Positions 40,662-54,669 of a DNA stretch of 64,000 bases are shown here, piece after piece. The notes beneath the pieces were generated by a model. It was given only the letters and a program-made list of their open reading frames with translations. It did not search any database and was not told where the DNA came from. Positions within the stretch are counted from its first letter, which is position 1; each line of letters starts with the position of its first letter. The stretch is from Octopus vulgaris (lineage: Eukaryota): assembly GCA_951406725.2 (NCBI GenBank), contig OX597821.1, positions 47,864,001 through 47,928,000 of the forward strand, read 5' to 3'. Both the position numbers and the translations under genes were made by a program.

Positions 40662-41377
40662 AATGAAGTTCATTACAAAACTATTTTTTTGTTTTTTCCT
40701 AGTGTCATCACTTTGTTCCTATTACCACTCTATACTCATCTAACATTGTGTTCTGGACCATACGTATATTGAGTTCTACACCAGGTTTCACTATGCCTAA
40801 GCAAAATATCAAAAAATATATATATATATGCATATGTATATGTATGTGTGTGTGTATATTTCCATATCCTTCTAATCCTATATTTGTTGTCACTTTTTGT
40901 ATCTTTGGCCTGCACCTTTATATTCCTGTTGATAAGCTTCCTTCTTTCGTCCATTTCGCCACTCTTTTTCCACCTGTGATACTACTGCCATCCCTCACTC
41001 CTCTGTCTCTTTTTTTTTTACTATGCTTTCTTCTACTACTTCAACACCATCACATCAGCCTGTTCCCATAACCTCCACACCTCTCCTTTAATGATTCTCT
41101 CACATCATCCTTATCTTTTTTCTCCCTTTCTTGTACCCTTTTTTCTTTTGCCTTCTGCCCATATTCATCCTTACAATGTGGGACAGCCCTGGAGCTCCCT
41201 ACAAAACTTGCCTCATTACACTTATCACTGTGTCCAACCCTTTCTCACTAAATCACTGACACTAATTCCTTCCCTTTCTTATTCTCCTCTTGTGCTTCTA
41301 CTCCCACTCTCAACTATAAATCTATTCCTCTTATCATAGAGGAGTTGTGGTGCACCTGAGCACTGTATACAATAATT

Positions 41378-41411
<34 letters not shown>

Positions 41412-41964
41412 GTTACCCTATCTCATTACCATGCCTAAAACTAACTTTCTCTTTCACTCTTGCTTTCTAAATTTATTTCCCCTCACTTATAGAGGCCTAT
41501 TAAGTTGTTTAGTCTTGCAAGTTGTAAGGTGACTTCACTAGTGTTAGTGTCATCAAAAAATTACCTAATGCACTCTATAAAGGGCTTGGCACAAGGAAAG
41601 GGCATCCACCACCAGCTTTAGAAATCATACCAAAATAAATCTAAGGGCAATATGTAGGCCTCTGACTTATCAGATGATGCTGAATCATCCAACTTATGCC
41701 AGCATAGAAATTGGACTTTAAATAATAATAATGATGCAAATATATTTACTACAGAGTATTATGACAGAGATGTAAGGTAAACTTACAAGTGAGTTAACAC
41801 ATATTTCTAGCTCCAGTGTGAAAAGTCAGTACAAATTTTCTCCCTATAGCCATGACATTTAACTGTGTTGTAACAGTCTCTATCAAAGTCTCAATAGAAC
41901 GTAATTGTTTTCCATCCACACAGAGAATAATAGTAGATAGTTAATTACAGTATTCACAAACATA

Positions 41965-42011
41965 CTCACCTCTGAAGAAGCATTACTAAATGTTGAAACA
42001 AAATAGAGTGA
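41965..42011 (+). ncRNA. Degenerate type I hammerhead
   Basis: UCACCU CUGAAGA AGCAUU ACUA AAUGUU GAAA C AAA AUA GAGUGA; 6-bp stem II, stem I pairs at 5 of 6 positions. Confidence 0.6.
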
Positions 42012-42172
42012 TCTCTTCTGTTACAGAGAAAGAAAACCTTCTTTATCCATGAGTAGATATTTCCAGTGAAGTTAGGGAAATTTGTTTATTATGAACACAT
42101 ATTTATTAGTCTAATTTACATCCTTAATAATGTGTAATGATTCAATTGATATATATATATATTTATATATAT

Positions 42173-42347
42173 CCTTGTTTTTTTTTCTCCTTGTTTCTCT
42201 CCTTGTTTTCTGTGTCCCTTTCTGTAGAAGAGCGTAGGCTCGAAACGTAAAAGACTTTTTCTATTCCTGAGCGTTATACTAATACATCTGCTTGTTTTGT
42301 ACACCACCTGTCTTCGTCTTTTGTTGTTTTTTTTCGTAAACTCTCCC
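42173..42347 (+). mobile_element. Short PLE-like terminal element with a hammerhead-like motif (42218-42253)
   Basis: CUUU CUGUAGA A GAGC GUAG GCUC GAAA C GUA AAAG; TA-rich flanks; homologous to 18025-18216. Confidence 0.78.
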
Positions 42348-42464
42348 TATACATAAATATATTTGTGGCCAATAAAGAAATATATATATATATGACATAT
42401 GAGTAAAGAATATGCTATACTTTTCCATCCATCCATCCATCCACCTACATACCTAGCTGCCGAT

Positions 42465-42935
42465 GAAGGTTGGCAGATATGATTTCATCATCACTATGAT
42501 ACGGATTCCCAGCCATGTGTTTTTGCATGTTGGAGAACAAATGATAGTCAGTTAGGGCCAAATCAGAAGAACAGGGGGCTGGTCAACCTGTTTAAAGCCA
42601 CACCCATGCACAGTAGTCATTGAAACCAATGACTTGTGTGCTGGAGCATTGACCTGATGAAATGAGACCCTTTTATAAGTTTTCCTGGGTGTTTGGTCTT
42701 TCTACCCTTTTGTAAGTGTCTCAGCAAGTTGGCATAGTAAACTACTTTGACAGTGTGGCCCTTTTGAACAGAGTCCATAAACACAATGCCTTCTACATCC
42801 CAAAAAGCTGAGGCCATCATCTTCTCGGCAGATGAAACAAATTTGGCCTTCTTTTGGAACAGGCAAGACGGAATGTTTCCATTGCAGAGATTGTTTCTTT
42901 GTCTCTGACTCAAAGTGATAAGATGAACACTCAAA
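42465..42935 (-). pseudogene. Mariner transposase fragment
   Basis: ESETKKQSLQWKH, KMMASAFWDVEGIV, YYANLL, HQVNAPAH and SPDLALTDYHLF. Confidence 0.88.
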
Positions 42936-45419
42936 CATGCACAGGCTCACAGACACATACACACTCATATACAAAACGTGATGTCGTGGTGGTAGTGGTG
43001 GTGGTGGCGGCGGCGGTATAGCATGTCTTTTACAATAGTTGACTATAGAAAGATTAATTTAGATAAAATGTCATATTGTTTTAATCCAAATGAAAATAAA
43101 AATACATGTTGAGACTCGTAGGGTCTAATTTGAATTGAGTTGGTCGAGCCATTTGAGGAAACAGACAAACAGATAGACAGACAAACAGACAGACAGAGAG
43201 AGAAGGAATTTTATATATAGAGAGAGATAAGAGTGGACAAAAGAAAGAAAAGGGCACTCAACATGATTAGTGGGAGTTACATGAATTATTTTAAATAGTT
43301 TGGTTCAGTTCCATGCTACTTAAAGTTTCACAGGCCCCTAAACAGGGGTCTGACTCAGCTCTCACTAGGGGCCTGATGCTTTAATACTCATTGACAAGAA
43401 CTCCTCAGTTGTAGTTTCCTGTTGCCCATGGCAAAATTTGAACTCAGTACTTTTACCTTACAAAATAATCACTAATCAAATTATAGTTTGCATAATTATG
43501 TTGTATCAAATATGGATTTTAGTGCTGATGTGATGTGATTTTAGTGCTGATGTGATAAAAAGCAATTTCCTACTGATCTATTTATCAATAGTGTAAATGT
43601 TTTGGCTGTTACAATTTCAATTTTAAATCTAACATTTGGAATGTGTGTGTATGCTGCAACACCTAATCCTTATAAGAATGGATTAATAGTCCAACACGTT
43701 AGGTACAGCTTCAATAGGTTTGAAATATATGTTTATATGCTCTACCTCATCCTTATAAGAATAAGTCTATTTATCAGCCTACCATTGCTAATTAGGAAAC
43801 TAAACTGTTTACAAGAATATATTTTAAAATTTTGTTTACTGAAATACAAATTTTCTTTTCACATAATTTTAAATAATTTTATTCTTTTTATATTTTGTAA
43901 TAATGTTTGCATTGAAAGTAATCAAGAATAATTTCTCTGTGGTATACCAGATTATTCATCTGAATAGAGGTTACAACCAAAGTAAAGTAGCTCCCAGTAA
44001 TTAGAGAGCCTACATACAATGAATAACTCATACACTGGAAACCCTGGATGCATTCAGAGATGACACAAATCACATACAACATTGAACTATACAAGTGGTG
44101 CTCCAGGATGGGCTTAGTTGTGATAGTTGAAGCAAACTAAAGAATGGAAGAACTGATCTACCAGCCTGTTTGTTTTGCTAAAAAGATTAAAAGACTAATC
44201 TCTTTAATAATAAGCTTTAGATAATGTTTTTTTCAGAATTTAAATAACACTCATATTTTTTGTTTATATCTAAGGTAAGTTCTGTCTTTCATAGTATAGA
44301 AATATTGGTAAGTTTCTGTTTTGAATAGTGGATTTGGAGGGTCACTTTAGCAATTGAATCAGAGGCTCACTATTAAAGACTTCACCATCGTTCAGGGTGT
44401 GTATCTAGGGAAAATCCTCAGAGAAGCGACCAACACATTGGCAGAACTGAATAAAACACTACAAGTCAATGGGTCCTTCATCATTTTGTAACTGAGAATA
44501 AGTGAGTTTTTCCAACTGTGTATTCACAGCTAGGTGAATAGAAGCTTGGAAAAGTTAAGAAACTTAAGGTTTCCAACACAATACATTCAATGTAACAGGA
44601 TACAACCAGGCAACAAATAAGCTGAATGAATACACATACATATATACATATGTAGAATTTGGATAATCAAAGTCTGTAAGTGTAAGAAAATAGGTACACA
44701 CAATTTGTGCTCAAATTAATTTGCTATTTGAACACCAACTTGCACTGCAACTAAAAGTAGGGATGTTATAGCTATCTAAAAACAATTGACTATAGGCAGT
44801 TTATCAATTGAGCAGGTACAAGTAATTAGAATGAAAGTAAAAACAGGCAAACAATTGGTATCAGGTTAGATTATGACATTTATATATTTAAACATGGGAG
44901 GGGTGAGTTGTTAACATAAATTGGAAGTGGATGATTAAATGGAACTACATACTCCTAAATCTCTCCATTTCCATCAGAAGAACCATAAATGGATTCTAAT
45001 ATTAAACCACCAAAAGGCAGTGAATAAGCAGAAATGTTAGCATGCTCGGTAAAATGCTTAGTGGCATGACATCTGTCATTACACTCTAAATTCAAATGCC
45101 GTTGAGATCGACTTTGCCTTTCATCCTTTTAAGGTCAATAAAATAAGTATCAGTTGAGCACTATAGTCAATGTTATTAACTTTTTCCCTCTCATGAACTT
45201 GCTGGCCTTGTGCCAAAATTTGAAATCAATATTAAACCATCAGTTGAGCTCATCTGCCCTACTAAATCTGAGCTCAGTCAGATTAGTAAGAATATCCTGA
45301 ATTATAACCATTGTAAAGGACGATTTGGATGTTAACATTCAACAAGCAACTACAGAATATGTGGTGGTTGGGGAGAAACAATAGATTATATAGTCTCTGG
45401 CTGCCCAGTCCTGGCTAAA

Positions 45420-46030
45420 AAGAAATATATCCACAGACATTACAGAGTTGGAACCTGGAAGCTATGCCAGCACTATGGAATAACAACAGAAAAAAGATGG
45501 TATAGGCACACTGCCAAAAGGGTCACAGAAAATGACAAAGCAATCATGTTCTGGGATATGCCAATACACACAGATAGAAAAACCAAGGCTAATAGACTGG
45601 ATATAGTAGTCAGAGATCATCAAGAGAAAAAATTACTTTTAATCGATGTATCAATTCCAACAGATGACAATGTATCTCTAAAAGAAACAGAGAAACTCTC
45701 AAAATACAAAGAGATCTAGAAATAGAGGTAACCCAAATGTGGAGCCTAAAAGCAGAAACAATCCCAATGATAATAAGGCATTAGGTATGACTAAAAAACA
45801 CTAGGACAAATACATAAGCAAAACATCATGACTTATGAATATATATAACATATAGAAAATAGCACTGCCAGGCACTGCACTCATCTTACATGAAACACTT
45901 TCAATACAGTTAAAAATAACAACTCCAAAACAAATCACAGCACAAACCCAAGGCACACAGCACTGCACTTGCTAGTGCAGTAAAAGCATGTGATGAAAAT
46001 AAGACTACTGAATAACAACAACAATAATAA
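45420..46030 (+). mobile_element. R4/Dong-like LINE 3' end (restriction-like endonuclease) ending in CAA/TAA repeats
   Basis: FWDMPIHTDRKTKANRLDIVV..LIDVSIP..KETEKLSKY..LEIEV..ALG. Confidence 0.9.
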
Positions 46031-46032
46031 TG

Positions 46033-46645
46033 ACTTCAAATTTTGGCTCAAGGTTAACAATTTTCAAAAGTTGATTACATGAAACGCCAGTGCACAACTA
46101 GTACTTATTTTATCAACTCTAAACAGATGAAAGGCAAAGTTGATTTCAGTGGTATCTGAATCAGAGCATAAAGCCAAAAGAAATGCCACTTAGCACTTTG
46201 CTCAGCACAGTAATGATTGTACGAGATTGCCACCTAAATAGTACCAGTAGTAACAGTAGTAGTAGTAATGATTTCATATTTTGGCCAGCAATTCCAGGGC
46301 TGGGGTCAAATCAATAACTTATTTTATCAACCATGAAAGGATGAAAGGCAAAGCTGACTGCAGCAGAATTTGAACTCAGAATGTAAGGACAGACAAAATG
46401 CTAAACATTTTGCCTTGCATGCTAACAGTTCTGTCAGCTTGCTGCCTTAGTTTCAAATTTTGATACAAGGCCAGCAAGTCCAGCAGAGGAGTAAGTCAAT
46501 TACATTGACCCCAGTGTTCAAATGGTACCTATTCTATTGACCCTGAAAGGATGAAAGACAAAGTCGATCTTGGCAGAATTTGAACTCAGAATGTAAGGAC
46601 GGACAAAATGCCACTAAGCATTTTTCCTGGCATGCTCACTGCTTT
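46033..46645 (-). mobile_element. Three tandem family-A SINEs
   Basis: The GATGAAAG(G/A)CAAAG core recurs at ~46127, 46340 and 46550. Confidence 0.85.
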
Positions 46646-47333
46646 AAAAATAATAGTAATTGTTAACAATTGTAGGATGTTGACATATTTCATATAGAAA
46701 TAAGTGTACAATTGCAAATAGCTTAATCATTAATATATGAATATATATTATCTGTATTTTGAGTCCTTTTTCTACTGTGGTGGTCATTTTTTGACATGTT
46801 TACTATTTGTGAAACCTATTAGTGCATGTGTGTATTTGTGTAAAAGAGAGAAAGTGAGTGAATGCTAACAAAAATAAAAACAGCAAAACAAAAGCTCATG
46901 CACATTGAGTGATGTACACATACACATAGAGTACACAGCAAGTACATCTACATTGACATACACACCTATGCATGCACACACATATGCACAAGCATGCACA
47001 CCAACACAGATACCATAAATACAAAACACAGAAAGGAAAAGAATTTATTGCAGGAGTAGGAAGTTGTTGAACCAGATACAGCTGTATGGTGAACAACTGT
47101 TAGCTCATTAATTAATTAATTAGTCAATTAATTAATCAGGAATAACGATGTTAGCCACAACCAGTATATCTGATGATGACATTATTGTCAGAATGCCACT
47201 GCAAAAGTACGATATTGCATACCAAGCATATATAAAGAACACATACATTTATGTATAATTATGTGTATATGTGTGTGTGTGCATGTAGTATATAACTATT
47301 TGTGTATCTATATTTATATATATATATGTGCAT

Positions 47334-47370
<37 letters not shown>

Positions 47371-47373
<3 letters not shown>

Positions 47374-47517
47374 TATACATTTTTTCTCTCTCCATTTTTT
47401 CCTCAAAGAGTGTAGGCTTGAAACATATAAGACTTTTCCATTCTTCCTGAGCATTAAACCAATAAACCTTCTTGTTGTTCCTACACCTGTCTTCATCTTT
47501 TGTTTTCTGTAAATTTG

Positions 47518-47520
<3 letters not shown>
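47371..47520 (+). mobile_element. Diverged relative of the 18025/42173 element
   Basis: GAGTGTAGGCTTGAAACATA and ACACCTGTCTTCATCTTTTGTT; ends in (TA)n; hammerhead core not canonical. Confidence 0.65.
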
Positions 47521-47560
<40 letters not shown>

Positions 47561-47577
47561 CCTTTGATATCCTTGGG

Positions 47578-48022
47578 TTGGACTGTATTTTATGTAGTTT
47601 GTTTTTAGTGCTTGCTCTTGGGCAGCACAGATCAGAACCTCCGTTTCCGGTTTTAAATCACTTTTAGTCATCCACAGCCATCTTTTTTCTCTGTCTGTCT
47701 TATCTTCAACATCCCCATGAAATTGACCATGCATTCTTTTCTTTACCCACCTATTTTCAGTTTCATTTGTTTTCAATTTCTTGTATAGTGCTTTATCTTT
47801 GCAATCTTTCATCTTACCCAAGCCTGACCTTCCTACTTCTAATAATAGCGGTTCTGTGGCATTTTTTAAACACCATGCTATGTTGTTTTCTTCTGCTCTA
47901 ATGCTGTGTTCACATCCAATAAGTCCTCCTCCCCTCTTTGTCTTGGTACATACAATCTGTCTGTGTCACTTTTTGGGTGGAGTGACCCATATCTAGTTAG
48001 CAACTTCCTTGTCTTTCTGTCT
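47578..48022 (-). mobile_element. R4/Dong-like LINE fragment abutting (TTA)n
   Basis: DRKTRKLLT..LHPKSDTDRLYVPR..GGGL, MHGQF, LKPETEVLICAAQEQAL. Confidence 0.9.
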
Positions 48023-48030
48023 TATTATTA

Positions 48031-48083
<53 letters not shown>

Positions 48084-48090
48084 GTTATTA

Positions 48091-48124
<34 letters not shown>

Positions 48125-48209
48125 CATTATTATTATTATTGTTGTTGTTGTTGTTATAATTATGATTATTATTATTGTTATTGTTATTATTATTATTATT
48201 ATTATTATT

Positions 48210-48761
48210 GAGTGAGAGAGTAGTGCATGCCATCAAAGTGACACTGGGGTAAAATATACGAAGCCCAGTATACCCATCATGACTACCCGTCTGATAAGGG
48301 TACACCAGGTACATGCATCACAACCATGTGTGTGCAACATGGTGATCTCATATTAAAACAAACAGCACATGACCTTGCAGGTGGGGCCCAGTTAGAATTT
48401 TCTTCAGGTCGAGTAGCCCATCCCACTCAAAAGGTCCCTGAATAAGGGTTGTTTAAGGATGTTGAACAAAACACCCATGTTTCCAAAGGTGAATTATTCA
48501 AACCCCAAAGAATTCCTCTCAACACATGGCTATGATGCTCCCCCACTACTTCTGCTCATGATCAGAGATGCACATATCGTCAGCCACCAAGGGACATGCT
48601 CAACTGCTTAAAGTCAAAAACTGACGAGCATATCTGTGGTATTGAGCAGAATATTTACTGTAGCCCATCTTTTATACCAAGACAAAACAATGTACATGAT
48701 AACACTTCCGATCAGTTAAGATGAGAAGCCATGAGAGCCACTGCCTGGTACTGCATCAGGG

Positions 48762-48762
<1 letters not shown>
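48210..48762 (-). mobile_element. ~550-bp non-coding element embedded in (TAA)n
   Basis: Near-identical inverted copy at 62624-63138; (TTA)n on both sides. Confidence 0.85.
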
Positions 48763-48806
<44 letters not shown>

Positions 48807-49044
48807 CATTGTTATTATCATTAATGTGATGAGCTGACAGAATTGTTCGTATGCTGGGCAAAATGCTTAGCAGCATTTCATCTATCTTGATGCTCTGAGT
48901 TAAAATTCTGCCAGGGTCAACTTTGTCTTCCATCTTTTGGAGGTCTGTAAAATAAGTACCAGTTGAACACTGGGGTTGATATTATCGATTTACACCCTCT
49001 TCCAAAACTTGGTCTCCATGTTCCAAAATTTGAAACTATTATTA

Positions 49045-50030
49045 TTACTATCTCTTTTGTTCACTGGATATTACGTGTTTATTCAACTGGTACAAGATTG
49101 CTGTCAGGTTGTGTCTTGCAACCTTAGGTGTGTTTTACTTTCTTATAGTCTTTGCTGTGCCAAACATATAGGATTTTTGTACAGTCAGGGAATTTGTCTT
49201 GATATCCAACATCATCAACAAACTTCTTGCCACTGTTTCTTCAGCTCTTTTTACAATTAGAATGATGAAACCCTAATGGCAATTCCAAATTCTTTGAAGT
49301 TAATATTTTAAGTCGTGAGATTTTTCTATTCCCTCACATTCTTTATTACCACTTTTGTCTAACATGGGTAAGCAACATCAATTAAACAATGCACTCTTTC
49401 CTTCTCTTGAATATGACAACATCTGAGCATGAATCTTCTAATTGCCTATTCATTTGAAGATATATATCCCATAATACCTTTACATGGTTATTTTTGCGGA
49501 TGTCTTTTGTTTTATGGTCATACCATTTTTCCATATTTTCAAAAACATATTGCCAATGTTTGATTGTAGGAACTCTGTCATGCCTCCAGTACTTATAGAC
49601 TTTCTGAGCAAGCATTTTATGTTCAGTCTATATTCAGCAGAAATGTTTTCCTTATCTACATTCTTCCTGATATATCTTGTTCTGGTTGTTTGATCCTGTG
49701 CATCTAAAATTAAACGCCCTGTTTCTTTCTTTGATATTTCCTTCTTAAACCACTGAAATGACTGGTGATCTCAATACCCTTCAGTGCTTTGAAAAAACTA
49801 TCTGTATAAACGTTTCTCTTTGTACCTTATAGCTCTGAGCACTTCATTTTACTTCATCTTTCAGTTAACGTAACCTCTTTTCTTATCTGCCATGAACAGC
49901 ATCTTCTGCTGTCAGTAACATTCTACCTTAACTTGTCTACTTTTGACTCCACATAGTGTTCCATGTTTGTTAAATCCTCTTCCTCCATCCTTTCAAACGA
50001 AATACAATCTATCAACATCTGCCTAAGTAA
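49045..50030 (-). mobile_element. R4/Dong-like LINE 3' fragment, old
   Basis: ILDAQDQTTRTRY, YKYWRHDRV, KWYDH, KVLWD and SDVVI; 3' end runs into TAATAATA. Confidence 0.8.
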
Positions 50031-50649
50031 AGCCATGAAATTATTGTATTTCTCTGTCTACATTCTCAAAGTTTGCCTTTATCCATTTAATTATTCTGGT
50101 ACTATACCTGATGATCGATTCAGTGCTGGAGTTTATGGCTGTGATGGTTTTTAGTGCCACTGACTTTCAGACCCTTTAAAATGACACCATTATTTCAGTT
50201 TCTATTCCCTAAAAATTTAACCATTTGTACATTTTTCACCGAAGTGCATTAGATGAATGAAACATACACTTTTATTTCTTCATTCACCACCTAATTTTTT
50301 AAGTCACAATGTCATAAAAAGCTCGAGTAGTTGTATATGTATGCAAACATTGTCTGTATATATTGTAACTTGCCCTGAAATAAGCAAGAATAGAATCTTT
50401 TCTTTTTTTATTTTGGTTTTACAAAATTAATAAACAGAGAATCATACATGTATACAAAATACACGTGCTGCAAAATGAAATCTATGAGTGAGCAAATTTC
50501 TGTTCATTCATGCTTGTAAAGTAACAGATGCCATGACAGTTATTCACTGCATGATGCCATTAGACGAAAGCAACATTTGGAGGCCATCTTAGTATTTGGG
50601 AGTTTTTATTATTATATATTGCAGTAATAAAACTTAATACAACATGTAA

Positions 50650-51880
50650 ACGATAAAGCTGGGTCAGATGTGAAGCAGTGTAGGGCTCCACAAAGCCAAT
50701 AAAAATAGAATTAAGGATGGATATTATTAATCGTTCAGAAACTGGTTAACTGCCATCTTTGGTAGGTAGAGATTGGAACATGAATAAACCAACTGATATA
50801 AAAGTAAAAAACTGTTTGATATGCAGGAAATATGCTGCTGGTAGTTATGTCCAAAAATGAGGCATAATAATAGAAAAATATGGAGAGTTAACTAAAAGAA
50901 TGTATTAATGACTAACATAGAAAAAGATGTTCTACTGAGTTTTGCAAATAATGTGAGAAAATCTATCAGATGAAGAACACTTGGAAGAACAAAATATTGG
51001 GCAAGTAATGGATAGTTTGAAATGTTAGAAAAAATGACTGCTTTGCATAACTTTAAGCTGAATTGTGAAACAGCTAATGCTAATAAAGAGGCAGCAACAA
51101 CATTTATTTAAATTTATGCTAACATTTTTGAAAATGAAGGTTATACCCTACAGTATATTTCAGTGATGAAACTGATTTATTTTTGGAAGATGATGTCTGA
51201 AAGAAAATATTTAGGAGAAACATGTCTGAAGAGAGAACTGCATCTGGGCATGAAGCAGCTAAAGGCTGACTGATGCTGCTTGCTGGTGGTAATGTAGCTG
51301 ATGCATTTAAACTGAAGCCAATGCCAGTCTATAACTCTGAAAATCCCAGAACTTTGAAAGTATAAAGGAAAGCTACCAATCATTTGGAATATAAGATACA
51401 AAAAAGTTGCTTGACTACAGCTTCATATCAAGATTGGTTTTGGGTTCAATGTGGCAGCAATAAATTATCATTTAGCACATTTCTAACATTAAATAATTCT
51501 ACTGAGATGCCCTAAATTGTTATGGTAACTATCCTTAAATCAAGGCAGTATATTTGTCTCCAAATACCACAAGTGATATTTAGCCATAACTTCAAACAGT
51601 AACATCAACTGTCAACATTTGCAAAGCTGTTAAAAAGATTCTTAAGGCAACTGCTAAGGAAAAAGGGCTTAGCTTAGAAGATGTTTGGAAAAGATCCAAC
51701 ACCTGGAATGTTATCAATAGAATTGGTGTCGATTGGGGTGAGGGATTAACAGGAATCAATGGTAGAAGTTTACTGGAATATTTCTGAATATATTTAATGA
51801 CAAATTCAAAAATATTGAAAATAATCCTGGAAGTTTTACAGAAAAAGATGAAAATGGACTAATTAGATTTGAGTTATGAC
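50650..51880 (+). pseudogene. Tigger/pogo transposase relic
   Basis: DETDL, FWKMM, GHEAAK, GGNVADAFKLKP, SENPRTLK, LPIIW and LSPNTTSDI.P. Confidence 0.85.
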
Positions 51881-52189
51881 TCTGACTACTTAAACACTGA
51901 AAATGGTTGTTCATATACTTGAGGACATACCCGAGGCATCCATTACAAACAGAAATAACTCAGAACATGAGATTTTCTTGAATAGAGAGGCTGACTTTTG
52001 AGTCAGTTCAGCTTAGAAATTTCTTTTTGAAGCAATCTTACACAAATTCAAACAGAACAGAGTTTGAGTGCTCATTGCAGCTAGTTTCCTTTGGGCTGTG
52101 CATCATTATTTCTACAATGCTATGGTTAGAGGAAGTATGTTGTTGTCACTACATGATATGGATGCTATTTGTAAATCAGAGATCTAAAT

Positions 52190-52511
52190 CAGTGCTTCTC
52201 AAACTATTTGATGTGGTGTACTGGCAGATTTTATTTTCCAGTGTGCCAGGGAATGGTAATATTTCTTAGTAATATTAATTTATACCAGAAACAATATATA
52301 TAATGAATATAATAGAAGTTGACAATTTTTTTTATCCTATATTTTTTTTATAAACAAATAATACAATATTGTGTAAATATTTTAAAAGCATTTTATAAGC
52401 ATTTCATAATGTTGCTTTCTTTTCTGGAAATTCTGGAAATTCGCCATGTACCAGCAGCTGATGGCTCACAGACCTGCACCAGTCCACGAACCACCACTTT
52501 GAGTAGCACTG
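52190..52511. mobile_element. hAT (Charlie-like) MITE
   Basis: TIRs CAGTGCTTCTCAAA / TTTGAGTAGCACTG; 8-bp TSD ATCTAAAT/ATCTAAAG. Confidence 0.88.
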
Positions 52512-54045
52512 ATCTAAAGTATTGTTACTCTTGGTTAAATAGAGTGTTATTTGTTCAATGAACAACATGTTAGTGAGTTGAAGTATAGAGTCTGATGGAA
52601 TGTTGCCTTCATGTCATTTACAGTTGAGAAAGGATTAAAGTTACCCAAGAGAAGTAAATTAAAATGTTGATTAGTTTCATTCAATATCTCTTTATATTTA
52701 TGAGGCTCTCTTCAAATATGTTGTAAGATATGGTTTGAAGTATTTGGTGAATAAATTAATTTATATGTATTATTTATGTATCACGACCAAGTTTGAGTGC
52801 TTGAACAGAACTAAGGGTGTGATATCATTACAGATCTGCAATGACAACTGCTTGTCAGAACAAATTACAACTTAGTTTTGTATTTGAGCAGCAGATATGC
52901 TTGTTATCAAATGCTATTCTGTATGTGCCATGCATTTTGCTAGACTGCATGTTGCAGTATTACCCATCTAGAAGGGAAAATTACTTCTGTTACTAAGATG
53001 TAATACACCTCTAACATTCAATAATGGGATTCAGCTGTGAGATGAGTGGAGTTATTTGTGATGGCCCTCTTGAGATTACGCTTTTTCACGGAAACTGTGT
53101 GTATGTCTGTGTTATGTTATAATTGTTACTGTTGCAGCCAAGCTTACCTGCTGCACTATTTTCTCCAGTATTTTTGACAGAGATTGCAGCTTGGGTGAAG
53201 CAGCCTTTACTGCAGCTGCATATTACTTGTTGCCAGAGGTCAAGCAATATTCATTGTGTCTATTTCAGGTAGTATTTGCCACCAAAGTTTTTCCTCCCTC
53301 AACTGATGACAGTGACAAAACATTGAATTATTTGGGTATATTTTTATGTTGCTTGAGCCTCCTTTTGTGCAGAAAATCATGGGTTTTGTGAGGAATAGTT
53401 GCACATTTAGTATGACTGTAAATGGCTTGGGATGAACTGTCTGACAGTTTATCCTATTTAATTCACATCGGTAGGTTCCTCTCTATTTTTATCTGTGGCT
53501 AATATTACATTTTCTAATTTCTGCTCCTCACTACAACTTTACACAGAGAAGTTGCAACGTTGAAGAACTCTTTTAGTTGTACATGTATTGTTGGGAAGAT
53601 AGAGCTTAAATCATGTCATTTCTGCTGCAGAGAGAAACAGAAAGCTGAAATTGTGATATAAAAGAAAAAAACTAATGAACAAATAAATATTAAAAAAAAA
53701 GATAAAAACTGGTGAATGAAATTATGAAATGTTTATTATATCTTGTGTTGGCTAGAATTTTATTGCATCACTAAATTTGGAAAAAGTTTGACAAAAATTT
53801 AATTCAACATCAAAATAAAATTCTACGGAACAAAAATATCTTTAAGCGTATGCTTAATCAGGGTCTAAAGTTTGTGGCTCAGAGAAAGAATCTGATAAAA
53901 AGTATTATTGCACATATATTGTATTATATTGATATTTCTATAAGGCTCACACAATTCAATTTGATCTGAGATATTTGGCATTAATGGGAAGAAGGTTCAG
54001 AGGATCACAACAAAAACACATCCGAGATGGGAGCTGTCAAAACAT

Positions 54046-54088
<43 letters not shown>

Positions 54089-54669
54089 ACCTCACACACT
54101 TATAAAGTGTGTGTATCATGGTAAAAGCTCCGATTTTTCTGTGTAGAATATTTGAGATTCATTCTTCCAGTTTGTGATTACTTTGTTCCTTTGTACATTC
54201 TCAATTGATTTATTTATCATCAAGTTGTGATGTCAAGAACTGCTTTATATATTGTATGGTTGAATGTATAACAGCTTTTGTTTCAATACCCCCTATCAAG
54301 TTGAGTAGTCATCAAAACATTTAATTGACCTCGAAGTAAACTGTAGTAAATATTCTATATTTTCGTTGTATGGAGTATTTAAGATATCTTTTTCCTGTTT
54401 GTTTAATTCACATAAGCAGAAAATCATAGCATTGGTAACTGTTCACCTGTTTACTCCTTGTACTTATATATATTAATTGTAGTATTTTGGTATACTTGTG
54501 TCTATTATATGCCTATGTATATATGTGTATGTATCTATGTATATGTGTGTATCCATTCTTTTGTCCAGTCATTGTGATACGCAGGAACAGTAATACTAAG
54601 GACACACTAGATGTAGACCTTCTCAAATACTTCAGAGGCTCCCCAGAGGTTGTACGAAACTTTCTGATA

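Noticed and set aside
43090-43225. Helitron/Helentron-like end with (GACA)n and a TA-rich terminus
   Set aside because: Resemblance only; no second terminus or diagnostic hairpin found.
47170-47215. CUGAUGA UGACA UUAU UGUCA GAAU hammerhead-like motif
   Set aside because: Stem II is good, but GAAU replaces GAAA and there is no NUH with a matching stem I; could be chance or a heavily decayed copy.
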